NCBI GenBank assembly: GCA_040954595.2
Contig: CM082582.2
Coordinates: forward strand, 434,001-498,000
Source: Balanoglossus misakiensis
Lineage: Eukaryota > Animalia > Hemichordata
Reading direction: 5' to 3'
Length of the DNA: 64,000 nucleotides
Shown here piece by piece: positions 26,601 to 40,473 of this stretch. Both the position numbers and the translations under genes were made by a program. A model generated the notes under the pieces. The model was not told where the DNA came from, ran no database searches, and worked only from the letters and a program-made list of their open reading frames with translations. Positions within the stretch are counted from its first letter, which is position 1. Every line of letters starts with the position of its first letter.

Positions 26601-29600
26601 GCCGTAGAAAATCTGACTTGATCACCGTTGCTAACGTACGATAGTGTCTGTCATATTGTGACGGAGATTTAGCCGAGCCAGGCCGTAGAAAAATCGACTT
26701 GTTCAACGTTACCAGTGTGCAACTGTTTCTGCTCTAAAGTCTCAGGGTTTTAGCCGACTTATGCTGTAGGAAATCTGAGTTGATGAACGGGAATTCAATG
26801 TTAGAAAACCCGTGTGGAAAGTATCTCTACCCGTTTGAAACTAAGAAAAGAATTTATTCTTATTTTTTTTTCTAAAAATGACATTTTCAAGGAACATTTG
26901 GTAAAACGCAATTTTGTCTGCAGTGAGCCAAATTAGATTGTCTTTTGTGGAATTTGTATCGATATATACATACGAAGAGCATTCTATACTCCATCAGATT
27001 TCCGAAAATGAAGAAAAGAGCTTTATTTTTTATGATTTTTTAAAAATGTACCATTTTGTCAAAATATGGCCAAAATGGCTATTTTTTCTTGAATTCCGTC
27101 AATATCTCTGCATTTTTGGAGTGGTCGAAAGTTTTAACATACAATCAACATGTCATATATGATCAGGGCAGCAAATTCGAAGAACGAAGGTCTTTTTATT
27201 TTATTTTTCTAAAAATGACATTTTCAAGGAAAATTTGGTAAAACGCAATTTTGTCTGCAGTGAGCCAAATTAGACGGTCTTTTGTGGAATTGGTATCGAT
27301 ATATATATACGAAGAGCATTCTATACTCCATCAGATTTCCGAAAATGTAGAAAACAGGTATTTTTTGTAATTTTCAAAAATTAACCATTTTGACCAAATT
27401 GTGGTTAAAATTGTTATTTTCGTGTTGAATGCCGCCAGTGTCACTGCTTTTAAAAGTCATAAAAACTTTTAACATGCAAGCAATTGCTTATATATGATCA
27501 GGTCACCGAATTAAAAAAATAAAGAATGTTTTGCCTAAAAATGACCTTTTTGGTGCAAAAACGAATAAAACGCAATTTTGTATTAAATCAGCTCATTCAG
27601 AGTGCATTTTTTATAATCAGCACCATTTTTACATATAATGGAAATTTCATACATCATCAGATATCCAAATATGAAAAAATGATTTAGATTTTAGATGATT
27701 GTCCAAAATTAGCTGATATCTAATAAATGTAGTATTGAACCGTTCTGTCCCCCCCCCCCCTACATTATATGCGGTACGCCGATGTCAGCTTACCCGGCAG
27801 TACTGCAGGCCGTGCCCCCAAATAACGTCGGTGTTTGAAACGCCCTGGTTAAATTCGGGCTTTCTCTATAAATTGACAGGCAATAATGCAGTCCTACCCG
27901 AACAAATGTCGAGTGTTGACCCGCTGTGACTTTCCCTCTTCGGTTTGCCCGACTTAGCCAACGTCTTTGTACTAATGTGTCGGGTCTTTTGCAGAGCCAG
28001 GCCGAAGGAAATGTGAGTAGATCAATGTGGTCTCTGTACGCGTGTTTCTGCTCTAGAATGCCAGGGCTTTAGCCTAGCCATGCCGTAGGAAATCTGACTT
28101 GATCAACGTTGCTAACGAACGCTAGTGTCTGTCATAGTGTGCCGGGGTTTTAGTCGAGCCAAGCCGTAGGAGATCTGACTTGATCATCGTGGTCAATGTA
28201 CGCGTGTTTCCGCTCTAAAGTGCCGGGGCTTGAGCTAAACCAGGCCGCAGGAAATCCGACGTAATCACCGTTGATAACTTACGCCAGTCTGTGTCATATA
28301 GAGCCGGTGCACCAGCGGAGTCACGCCGTAGGACATCTGACTTGATCAACGTGGTCAATGTACGCCTGTTTCTGCTCTAGAGTGCCGGGGCTTCAGCTGA
28401 GCCAGGCCGTAGGAAACCCGACGTGATTACCGTTGTTAACTGACGCCAGTCTGTGTCCTATATATAGTGCCGGGGCATCAGCTGTGCCAGGCCGAAGGAA
28501 ATGGGAGTAGATCAACGTGGTCTCTGTACGCGTGTTTCTGCTCTAGAGTGCCAGGGCTTTAGCCAAGCCATGCCGTAGGAAATCTGACTTGATCAACGTT
28601 GCTAACGAACGCTAGTGTCTGTCATAGTGTGCCGGGGTTTTAGTCGAACCAAGCCGTAGGAGATCAGACTTGATCAACGTGGTCTCTGTACGCGTGTTTC
28701 TGCTCTAGAGTGCCGGGGCTTTATCCCAGCCATGCCGTAGAAAATCTGACTTGATCACCGTTGCTAACGTGCGCTAGTGTCTGTCATATTGTGACGGAGA
28801 TTTAGCCGAGCCAGGCCGTAGAAAAATCGATTTGTTCAACGTTACCAGTGTGCAACTGTTTCTGCTCTAGAGTGTCAGGGTTTTAGCCGACTTATGCTGT
28901 AGGAAATCTGAGTTGATGAATGGGAATTCAATGTTAAAAAACCTGTGTGGAAAGTGTCTCTACCCTTTTGAAACTAAGAAAATAATTTATTCTTATTTAT
29001 TTTGTAAAAATCACAATTTTTCGAAAAAAAGTCGAAAATGGTAATTTTGTCATGGGTGATTCAAATTATACCGCCTTTTCTGGAATTTGCAGCACTTTTT
29101 ACAAGAGAACGACACTTCATGCTCCATAATATTTCCGAAAATGAAGAAAAGAGTTAATTTTTTACGATTTTTTAAAAATTTACCATTTTTGTCAAAATAT
29201 GGCCAAAATGGCTATTTTTTCTTGAATTCCGTCAATATCTCTGCATTTTTGGAGTGGTCGAAAGTTTTAACATACAATCAACATGTCATATATGATCAGG
29301 GCACCAAATTCGAAGAACAAAGGTTTTTTTTATTTTTTTTCTAAAAATGACATTTTCAAGGAAAATTTGGTAAAACGCAATTTTGTCTGCAGTGAGCCAA
29401 ATTGGCCGTTTTTTTGTGGAATTTGTATCGATATATGTATACGAAGAGCATTCTATACTCCATCAGATTTCCGAAAATGTAGAAAACAGGTATTTTTTGT
29501 AATTTTCAAAAATTTACCATTTTGACCGAATTGTGGCTAAAATTGTTATTTTCGTGTTGAATGCCGCCAGTGTCACTGCTTTTAAAAGTCATTAAAACTT

Positions 29601-32600
29601 TTAACATACAAGCAATTGTTTATATATGATCAGGTCACCGAATTTAAAGAATAAAGAATGTTTTCCCTAAAAATGACCTTTTTGGTGCAAAAACGAATAA
29701 AACGCAATTTTGTATTAAATCAGCTCATTCAGAGTGCATTTTTTTATAATCAGCACCATTTTTACATATAATGGAAATTTCATACATCATCAGATATCCA
29801 AATATGAAAAAATGATTTAGATTTTAGATGATTGTCCAAAAGTAGCTGATATCTAATAAATATAGTATTGAACCGTTCTGTTCCCCCCCCCCCTACATTA
29901 CATGCGGTACGCCGATGTCAGCTTACCCGTCAGTACTGCAGGCCGTGCCCACAACTAACGTCGGTGTTTGAAACGCCCTGGTTAAATTCGGGCTTTCTCT
30001 ATAAATTGACAGGCAATAATGTAGTCCTACCGGAACAAATGTCGAGTGTTGACCCGCTGTGACTTTCCCTCTTCGGTTTGCCCGACTTAGCCAACGTCTT
30101 TGTACTAGAGTGTCGGGTGTTTTGCAGAGCCAGGCCGAAGGAAATCCGACTTGATCACCGATGCTAACGAACGCTAGTGTCTGTCATGGTGTGCCGGGGT
30201 TTTAGTCGAGCCAGGCCGTAGGAGATCTGATTGGATCATCGTGGTCAATGTACGCGTGTTTACGCTCTAAAGTGCCGGGGCTTCAGCTAAACCAGGCCGT
30301 AGGAAATCCGACGTAATCACCGTTGATAACTTACGCCAGTCTGTGTCATATAGAGCCGGTGCACCAGCCGAGTCACGCCGTAGGAATCTGATTTGATCAA
30401 CGTGGTCAATGTACGCCTGTTTCTGCTCTAGAGTGCCGGGGCTTCAGCTGAGCCAGGCCGTAGGAAACCCGACGTGATTACCGTTGTTAACTTACGCCAG
30501 TCTGTGTCCTATATATAGTGCGGGGCATCAGCCGTGCCAGGCCTAAGGAAATGTGAGTAGATCTATGTGGTCTCTGTACGCGTGTTTCTGCTCTAGAATG
30601 CCAGGGCTTTAGCCAAGCCATGCCGTAGGAAATCTGAATTGATCAACGTTGCTAACGAACGCTAGTGTCTGTCATAGTGTGCCGGGGTTTTAGTCGAGCC
30701 AAGCCGTAGGAGATCTGACTTGATCATCGTGGTCAATGTACGCGTGTTTCCGCTCTAAAGTGCCGGGGCTTGAGCTAAACCAGGCCGTAGGAAATCCGAC
30801 GTAATCACCGTTGATAACTTACGCCAGTCTGTGTCATATAGAGCCGGTGCACCAGCTGAGTCACACCGTAGGAATCTGATTTGATCAACGTGGTCAATGT
30901 ACGCCTGTTTCTGCTCTAGAGTGCCGGGGCTTCAGCTGAGCCAGGCCGTGGGAAACCCGACGTGATTACCGTTGTTAACTTACGCCAGTTTGTGTCCTAT
31001 ATATAGTGCCGGGGCATCAGCCGTGCCAGGCCGAAGGAAATGTGACTAGATCAACGTGGTCTCTGTACGCGTGTTTCTGCTCTAGAGTGCCAGGGCTTTA
31101 GCCAAGCCATGCCGTAGGAAATCTGACTTGATCACCGTTGCTAACGAACGCTAGTGTCTGTCATAGTGTGCCGGGGTTTTAGTCGAACCAAGCCGTAGGA
31201 GATCAGACTTGATCAACGTGGTCTCTGTACGCGTGTTTCTGCTCTGGAGTGCCGGGGCTTTATCCAAGCCATGCCGTAGAAAATCTGACTTGATCACCGT
31301 TGCTAACCTACGCTAGTGTCTGTCATATTGTGACGGAGATTTAGCCGAGCCAGGCCGTAGAAAAATCGACTTATGCTGTAGGAAATCTGAGTTGATGAAC
31401 GGGAATTCAATGTTAGAAAACCCGTGTGGAAAGTATCTCTACCCGTTTGAAACTAAGAAAAGAATTTATTCTTATTTATTTTGTAAAAAAGACAATTTTT
31501 CGAAAAAAAGTCGAAAAATTGCAATTTTGTCTTGGGTGATTCAAATTATACCGCCTTTTCTGGAATTTGCAGCACTTTTTACAAGAGAACGACACTTCAT
31601 GCTCCATAATATTTCCGAAAATGAAGAAAAGAGTTAATTTTTTATGATTTTTCAAAAATTTACCATTTTTGTCAAAATATGGCCAAAATGGCTATTTTTC
31701 TTGAATTCCGTCAATATCTCAGCATTTTTGGAGTGGTCGAGAGTTTTAACATACAATCAACATGTCATATATGAGCAGGGCACCAAATTCGAAGAACAAA
31801 GGTTTTTTTTTTTTTTTTCTAAAAATGACATTTTCAAGGAAAATTTGGTAAAACGCAATTTTGTCTGCAGTGAGCCAAATTAGACGGTCTTTTGTGGAAT
31901 TTAACGATATATACATACGAAGAGCATTCTACACTCCATCAGATTTCCGAAAATGTAGAAAACAGGTATTTTTTGTAAAATTTCAAAAATTTACCATTTT
32001 GACTAAATTGTGGCTAAAATTGTTATTTTCGTGTTGAATGCCGCCAGTGTCACTGCTTTTAAAAGTCATAATAACTTTTAACATACAAGCAATTGTTTAT
32101 ATATGATCAGGTCACCGAATTAAAAAAATAAAGAATGTTTTGCCTAAAAATGACCTTTTTGGTGCAAAAACGAATAAAACGCAATCTTGTATTAAATCAG
32201 TTCATTCAGAGTGCATGTTTTATAATAAGCACCATTTTTACATATAATGGAAATTTAATACATCATCAGATATCCAAATATGAAAAAATGATTTAGATTT
32301 TAGATGATTGTCCAAAATTAGCTGATATCTAATAAATGTAGTATTGAACCGTTCTGTCCCCCCCCCCCCCCCCTTACATTATATGCGGTACGCCGATGTC
32401 AGCTTACCCGGCAGTACTGTAGGCCGTGCCCCCAACAAACGTCGGTGTTTGAAACGCCCTGGTTAAATTCGGGCTCTCTCTATAAATCGACAGGCAATAA
32501 TGCAGTCCTACCGGAACAAATGTCAAGTGTTGAACCGCTGTGAATTTCCCTGTTCGGTTTGCCCGACTTAGCCAACGTCTTTGTACTAGAGTGTCGGGTC

Positions 32601-35600
32601 TTTTGCAGAGCCAGGCCGAAGGAAATCCGACTTGATCACCGTTGCTAACGAACGCTAGTGTCTGTCATGGTGTGCCGGGGTTTTAGTCGAGCCAGGCCGT
32701 AGGAGATCTGACTTGATCATCGTGGTCAATGTACGCCTGTTTCTGCTCTAGAGTGCCGGGGCTTCAGCTGAGCCAGGCCGTAGGAAACCCGACGTGATTA
32801 CCGTTGTTAACTTACGCCAGTCTGTGTCCTATATATAGTGCCGGGGCATCAGCCGTGCCAGGCCGAAGGAAATGTGAGTAGATCAACGTGGTCTCTGTAC
32901 GCGTGTTTCTGCTCTAGAGTGTCAGGGCTTTAGCAAAGCCATGCCGTAGGAAATCTGACTTGATCAACGTTGCTAACGAACGCTAGTGTCTGTCATAGTG
33001 TGCCGGGGTTTTAGTCGAGCCAAGCCGTAGGAGATCAGACTTGATCAACGTGGTCTCTGTACGCGTGTTTCTGCTCTAGAGTGCCGGGGCTTTATCCAAC
33101 CCATGCCGTTGAAAATCTGACTTGATCACCGTTGCTAACGTACGCTAGTGTCTGTCATATTGTGACGAGATTTAGCCGAGCCAGGCCGTAGAAAAATCGA
33201 CTTGTTCAACGTTATCAGTGTGCAACTGTTTCTGCTCTAGAGTGCCAGGGCTTTAGCCAAGCCATGCCGTAGGAAATCTGACTTGATCAACGTTGCTAAC
33301 GAACGCTAGTGTCTGTCATAGTGTGCCGGGGTTTTAGTCGAGCCAAGCCGTAGGAGATCAGACTTGATCAACGTGGTCTCTGTACGCGTGTTTCTGCTCT
33401 AGAGTGCCGGGGCTTTATCCAAGCCATGCCGTAGAAAATCTGACTTGATCACCGTTGCTAACGTACGCTAGTGTCTGTCATATTGTGACGGAGATTTAGC
33501 CGAGCCAGGCCGTAGAAAAATCGACTTGTTCAACGTTACCAGTGTGCAACTGTTTCTGCTCTAGAGTGTCAGGGTTTTAGCCGACTTATGCTGTAGGAAA
33601 TCTGAGTTGATGAACGCGAATTCAATGTTAGAAAACCCGTGTGGAAAGTATCTCTACCCGTTTGAAACTAAGAAAAGAATTTATTCTTATTTATTTTGTA
33701 AAAAAGACAATTTTTCGAAAAAAAGTCGAAAAATTGCAATTTTGTCTTGGGTGATTCAAATTATACCGCCTTTTCTGGAATTTGCAGCACTTTTTACAAG
33801 AGAACGACACTTCATGCTCCATAATATTTCCGAAAATGAAGAAAAGAGTTAATTTTTTATGATTTTTCAAAAATTTACCATTTTTGTCAAAATATGGCCA
33901 AAATGGCTATTTTTCTTGAATTCCGTCAATATCTCTGCATTTTTGGAGTGGTCGAGAGTTTTAACATACAATCAACATATCATATATGATCAGGGCACCA
34001 AATTCGAAGAACAAAGGTTTTTTTATTTTTTTTTCTAAAAATGACATTTTCAAGGAAAATTTGGTAAAACGCAATTTTGTCTGCAGTGAGCCAAATTAGA
34101 CGGTCTTTTGTGGAATTTGTATCGATATATACATACGAAGAGCATTCTATACTCCATCAGATTTCCGAAAATGTAGAAAACAGGTATTTTTTGTAACTTT
34201 CCAAAAATTACGATTTTGACCAAATTGTGGCTAAAATTGTTATTTTCTTGATGAATGCCGCCAGTGTCACTGCTTTTAAAAGTCATAAAAACTTTTAACA
34301 TACAAGCAATTGTTTATATATGATCAGGTCACCGAATTAAAAAATAAAGAATGTTTTGACTAAAAATCAGCTCATTCAGAGTGCATTTTTTATAATCAGC
34401 ACCATTTTTACATATAATGGAAATTTCATACATCATCAGATATCCAAATATGAAAAAATGATTTAGATTTTAGATGATTGTCGAAAATTAGCTGATATCT
34501 AATAAATGTAGTATTGAACCGTTCTGTTCCCCCCCCCCTACATTATATGCGGTACGCCGATGTCAGCTTACCCGGCAGTACTGCAGGCCGTGCCCCCAAC
34601 TAAGGTCGGTGTTTGAAACGCCCGGGTTTAATTCGGGCTTTCTCAATAAATTGACAGGCAATAATGCAGTCCTACCCGAACAAATGTCGAGTATTGACCA
34701 GCTGTGACTTTCCCTCTTCGGTTTGCCCGACTTAGCCAACGTCTTTGTACTAGAGTGTCGGGTCTTTTGCAGAGCCAGGCCGAAGGAAATCCGACTTGAT
34801 CACCGTTGCTAACGAACGCTAGTGTCTGTCATGGTGTGCCGGGGTTTTAGTCGAGCCAGGCCGTAGGAGATCTGACTTGATCATCGTGGTCAATGTACGC
34901 GTGTTTCCGCTCTAAAGTGCCGGGGCTTCAGCTAAACCAGGCCGTAGGAAATCCGACGTAATCACCGTTGATAACTTACGCCAGTCTGTCTCATATAGAG
35001 CCGGTGCAACAGCCGAGTCACGCCGTAGGAAATCTGACTTGATCAACGTGGTCAATGTACGCCTGTTTCTGCTCTAGAGTGCCGGGGCTTCAGCTGAGCC
35101 AGGCCGTAGGAAACCCAACGTGATTACCGTTGTTAACTTACGCCAGTCTGTGTCCTATATATAGTAACGGGGCATCAGCCGTGCCAGGCCGAAGGAAATG
35201 TGAGTAGATCAACGTGGTCTCTGTAGGCGTGTTTCTGCTCTAGAGTGCCAGGGCTTTAGCCAAGCCATGCCGTAGGAAATCTGACTTGATCAACGTTGCT
35301 AACGAACGCTAGTGTCTGTCATGGTGTGCCGGGGTTTTAGTCGAGCCAGGCCGTAGGAGATCTGACTTGATCATCGTGGTCAATGTACGCGTGTTTCCGC
35401 TCTAAAGTGCCGGGCTTCAGCTAAACCAGGCCGTAGGAAATCTGACTTGATCACCGTTGCTAACGTACGCTAGTGTCTGTCATATTGTGACGGAGATTTA
35501 GCCGAGCCAGGCCGTAGAAAAATCGACTTGTTCAACGTTACCAGTGTGCAACTGTTTCTGCTCTAGAGTGTCTGGGTTTTAGCCGACTTATGCTGTAGGA

Positions 35601-38346
35601 AATCTGAGTTGATGAACGGGAATTCAATGTTAGAAAACCCGTGTGGAAAGTATCTCTACCCGTTTGAAACTAAGAAAAGAATTAATTCTTATTTATTTTG
35701 TAAAAAAGACAATTTTTCGAAAAAAAGTCGAAAAATTGCAATTTTGTCTTGAGTGATTCAAATTATACCGCCTTTTCTGGAATTTGCAGCACTTTTTACA
35801 AGAGAACGACACTTCATGCTCCATAATATTTCCGAAAATGAAGAAAAGAGTTAATTTTTTATGATTTTTCAAAAATTTACCATTTTTGTCAAAATATGGC
35901 CAAAATGGCTATTTTTCTTGAATTCCGTCAATATCTCTGCATTTTTGGAGTGGTCGAGAGTTTTAACATACAATCAACATATCATATATGATCAGGGCAC
36001 CAAATTCGAAGAACAAAGGTTTTTTTATTTTTCTTTCTAAAAATGACATTTTCAAGGAAAATTTGGTAAAACGCAATTTTGTCTGCAGTGAGCCAAATTA
36101 GACGGTCTTTTGTGGAATTTGTATCGATATATACATACGAAGAGCATTCTATACTCCATCAGATTTCCGAAAATGTAGAAAACAGGTATTTTTTGTAATT
36201 TTCAAAAATTTACCATTTTGACCAAATTGTGGCTAAAATTGTTATTTTCGTGTTGAATGCCGCCAGTGTCACTGCTTTTAAAAGTCATAAAAACTTTTAA
36301 CATACAAGCAATTGTTTATATATGATCAGGTCACCGAATTAAAAAAAAATTGTCTGCGGTGAGCCAAATTGGCCGTTTTTTGTGGAATTTGTATCGATAT
36401 ATATATACGAAGAGGATTCTATACTCCATCAGATTTCCGAAAATGTAGAAAACAGGTATTTTTTGTAATTTTCAAAAATTTACCATTTTGACCAAATTGT
36501 GGTTAAAATTGTTATTTTCGTGTTGAATGCCGCCAGTGTCACTGCTTTTAAAAGTCATAAAAACTTTTAACATACAAGCAATTGTTTGTATATGATCAGG
36601 TCACCGAATTAAAAAAAATAAAGAATGTTTTGCCTAAAAATGACCTTTTTGGTGCAAAAACGAATAAAACGCAATTTTGTATTAAATCAGCTCATTCAGA
36701 GTGCATTTTTTATAATCAGCACCATCTTTACATATAATAGAAATTTCATACATCATCAGATATCCAAATATGAAAAAATGATTTAGATTTTAGATGATTG
36801 TCCAAAATTAGCTGATATCTAATAAATGTAGTATTGAACCGTTCTGTTCCCCCCCCTACATTATATGCGGTACGCCGATGTCAGCTTACCCGGCAGTACT
36901 GCAGGCCGTGCCCCCCCCCCCCCCCCCAACTAACGTCGGTGTTTGAAACGCCCTGGTTAAATTCGGGCTTTCTCTATAAATTGACAGGCAATAATGCAGT
37001 CCTACCCGAACAAATGTCGAGTGTTGACCCGCTGTGACTTCCCCTCTTCGGTTTGCCCGACTTAGCCAACGTCTTTGTACTAGAGTGTCGGGTCTTTTGC
37101 AGAGCCAGGCCGAAGGAAATCCGACTTGATCACCGTTGCTAACGAACGCTAGTGTCTGTCATGGTGTGCCGGGGTTTTAGTCGAGCCAGGCCGTAGGAGA
37201 TCTGACTTGATCATCGTGGTCAATGTACGCGTGTTTCCGCTCTAAAGTGCCGGGGCTTCAGCTAAACCAGGCCGTAGGAAATCCGACGTAATCACCGTTG
37301 ATAACTTACGCCAGTCTGGATGGAGGGTGCTAGAGTCAGCCATCTACGGAAGCAGATTTCTAGCACGCTCAGAGTTTTCATCGTTTTTTCACGTGAAATC
37401 GGTGAATTTTGTGGCGAAACTGAAGGTATATGCTTTTGGATAGATACTTGCAGCTAACTCGAGAGCAAAGAAGCATTTTGATTCTCAGAAGAAAGACATT
37501 TTGCTAGTTTTCGTTGTCTCGAGCAAGCATGGCCGTCAGAGACAAAGCCAGTTATGCGCAGGTGGTGACGACCAAACGCCTGCAAGACAAAGACGGTGAA
37601 GTAGGTGTTCTACCCGTCTTTCTGAAGCAGTCGGACATAGTTCCCAGGGACAGTAATCAATGGCTAAGAGGTGAGGAAATTATAGCAGCCGTTTCAGAAG
37701 TTGTCACCATCGGCAGCTTGGAAGGGTTGCAACGGATAAGAGGTCTGTGGCGTATTTATATGAATGACGAAGCAGACCGGACAATTTTGTTACAACATGG
37801 ACTCACACTACGCGGGAAGTCGATAGAGCTGTGGGGGCGAAATCCCTTCCGAAGAGAGTTTCATGAAGATTGGTTAAGATTAACGATAAAAGATCTACCA
37901 TTGTCACACGATGATGATGCTATTGCCGCTACACTTACTGGTTTGGGCTGTAAGCTCAAAACAGATATATCCAGACAGAAATGGAGGTTAGAAGGCAAGT
38001 TGACAAACATTCTTAATGGGGATCGAACTGTGTTCATCGAAAAACCAAAGACACCATTACCAGCTCAGGTTAAGATCGGTGCATTTTACGCGAAGATTAT
38101 TTATAAGCAATCCACAGCGGAGACGCAGCCACGATGCGGCAAATGCTTAGAGGAGGGACATACTGCGTACAATTGCACTGGACAAATCAAATGCAGACTC
38201 TGTAAAAGAGAGGGGCATATTGCAAGAAATTGTATGACTTCTCAGGTACACGAAGAATTAACGTCTCAGTCCACCAAATACACAATGCAGAAAAGGTCTA
38301 CGAATCCTGCCGATGCGGTATCGAGACTAGAAAGTGACAGCACACC

Positions 38347-40110
38347 CAGACGCTGTACAAACGCAACGCGCATGCGCGAGTTAACCCGGAAGCGTATGCA
38401 GCGTGATTCGAAAAGTTTTCTCTGCTGGAGCCAACTACTTGAGACTTCTGGCCGTAATCATGAGGAGAAACCAATAGTACAGAAATAGAGTTAAAGGAGT
38501 TAGATGAATTGTCGTTTCGGACGCTTTAACTTGGTTAAGTATAAACGAAATGAGTGTTTACCGAATACATGAGAAGTTGGTCAGATTAGAAGTCGGCCAG
38601 TACGCGCGTATGAGAAGTCGGCCAGTACGAGAAGTCGGTCAGTTGTTGAACTTGCACCCGAATAGTGCAGTAATGACCCAGATTACTAATAACAACACTT
38701 AATAAAATATAATTGCACTAAATATTTTCATTTGGACGGATTTCGCACATTCTTGACATCACAATGGCGTCATTTCAATGATATTATGGCGTCTGGTTCC
38801 CCGGTCCCGTATCCGCGTAAAGGAGCATAGGTTGTTCGCCAAATTCCTTCGACATTTCTGATTAAAGGGAGTTTCAAAGCCTACTAACATACATGTATGT
38901 GTATATTCATAGTTTCTGAGACAACACCAAACAGACAAACGCGACGAGGAACAGACTAGCGCAACGCAGTATATACTATAATTAAGTGCAGGTGACTGAT
39001 GTTGACGTACCCCGGTGACGTACATGCGAAGTAAACAGGCAGTTTTAAAATTCGTAGGTTATTTGTACAAATATCTCAACTCCTGTACATCAAGGAAACA
39101 TTTCGTAATGAAACCTGCATAAAAATTCACCTTCCTACCACTGTAGCAAACAATGCATATCTACCATAGACTCGACGGCGCTCACCACTGCATAAATCTT
39201 GGTATTGAGACTGTGTACGTGGTGACAAAGCGCATATCATCGCCATCGTCAGGTTTGGCGTAGTACTGACTGGCTTACTTATGAGTGAATGATTTCAAAT
39301 TTCCAACTTACAGCAAGTTTGTTTCTAAGGACGCCGTCATGGTAATAGTTCAAAATTCGCGCCGCGCTATCGTTATGTTAATTAATTACATCAGTAAACG
39401 TGCGAATTTCGCGGCAAGACTGACTTCCACATCAAAACACGATCAAAATCATTCTAGTTCTACGTCCATGGTGTTACAGAAACAACATTTTTTGTTATTT
39501 TGTATAGCTATTAGTAATTTAATATTATTAATAGCATTATCTGCTAATTTCACGTTCAGGTGGTTGCATCATCGGGGACGATAGCCTTGTGCAGTGTCTT
39601 GAATCTCGTCTCGGCAGTAATAACCCAGGGTAATAACCATGCCAAACTTTCGCTAAATAAGGCATGACCAACTTCGGAAGCTTGGAAACATACTCGGGCA
39701 AGCGAAGTTTTTTCCGGGCAAAAGTATGGCTTTGAGTCAATTACTAAGCTTCAATTTGGAAAAGTTTTGGAACCAGCAACTTTAATTTGAAACCAGCAAC
39801 TCCATAAAACTGGGGATACATCACTGAAAAAATGAAGGCTCCAAAACGGAGGGACAAATGTGCGTGATTTATTCCTTGCAGAAAATGACTCAAAATAAAC
39901 TATAAAAATGCATTTAGAATTTTGTTGTTCGTGTATATTAATCCCTGTGAAGTTTTTACTTTGGAAAGATTGACGGTTGAGTAACCCAAGCACCTCCATT
40001 TATGTTGATGCGCTTAGGAATCAAAGTCTCGACCACCCCTCCATTGTTAATCGACGAACCATTGTCAAAGAATGCGCACAACTATGCGCAATGCATTTGT
40101 ACAGCGTCTT
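38347..40110. mobile_element. Non-autonomous TIR DNA transposon (1764 bp, 9-bp TSD, Mutator/MULE-like by TSD length) nested in Tx1 ORF1
   Basis: TSD cagcacacc at 38338-38346 and 40111-40119. Left TIR (c)agacgctgtacaaacgcaacgcgcat versus reverse complement of the right end (a)agacgctgtacaaatgcattgcgcat: 23/26 match. No transposase ORF. The superfamily is inferred only. Confidence 0.88.
38571..38643 (+). repeat. Four subterminal copies of (G)AGAAGTYGGYCAG inside the nested DNA transposon
   Basis: gagaagttggtcag, agaagtcggccag, gagaagtcggccag and gagaagtcggtcag, at about 17-24 bp spacing. Confidence 0.8.
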
Positions 40111-40473
40111 CAGCACACCGTTACAAGGAACATCCAGGCGTGAAACGGGGGACGAAGACCGTGTTGAGAAACCGCAAAGTCTGGCAAACAAAGCACCTGA
40201 GCCCTCGAGCTCGAGCGTTAAATCACAAAGCTCAATTTTAGCGTTCTTAAAAGAGAACAGAGACGATAGACAAAACGATACTAGTGTCAGTGAAGGTGAT
40301 GTAACGGATATTGAAGGTGGCGAGGACCGGCGTTATGACACATCAAGAGAAAATTTCTCTGAATTGTCTGCTGAATCGCCACCACTGTTGTCATTGACCC
40401 AAAGCAAAGAAAATAAGAAAAAACGTAAAAGAAGACGAAAGCAGCAGCAGCAAGTCAGAATCAAAGGCTACTG

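Noticed and set aside
38759-39999. Short ORFs inside the nested DNA transposon as transposase or captured-gene remnants
   Set aside because: No DDE, zinc-finger or other motif is visible, and they are short and lie on both strands.
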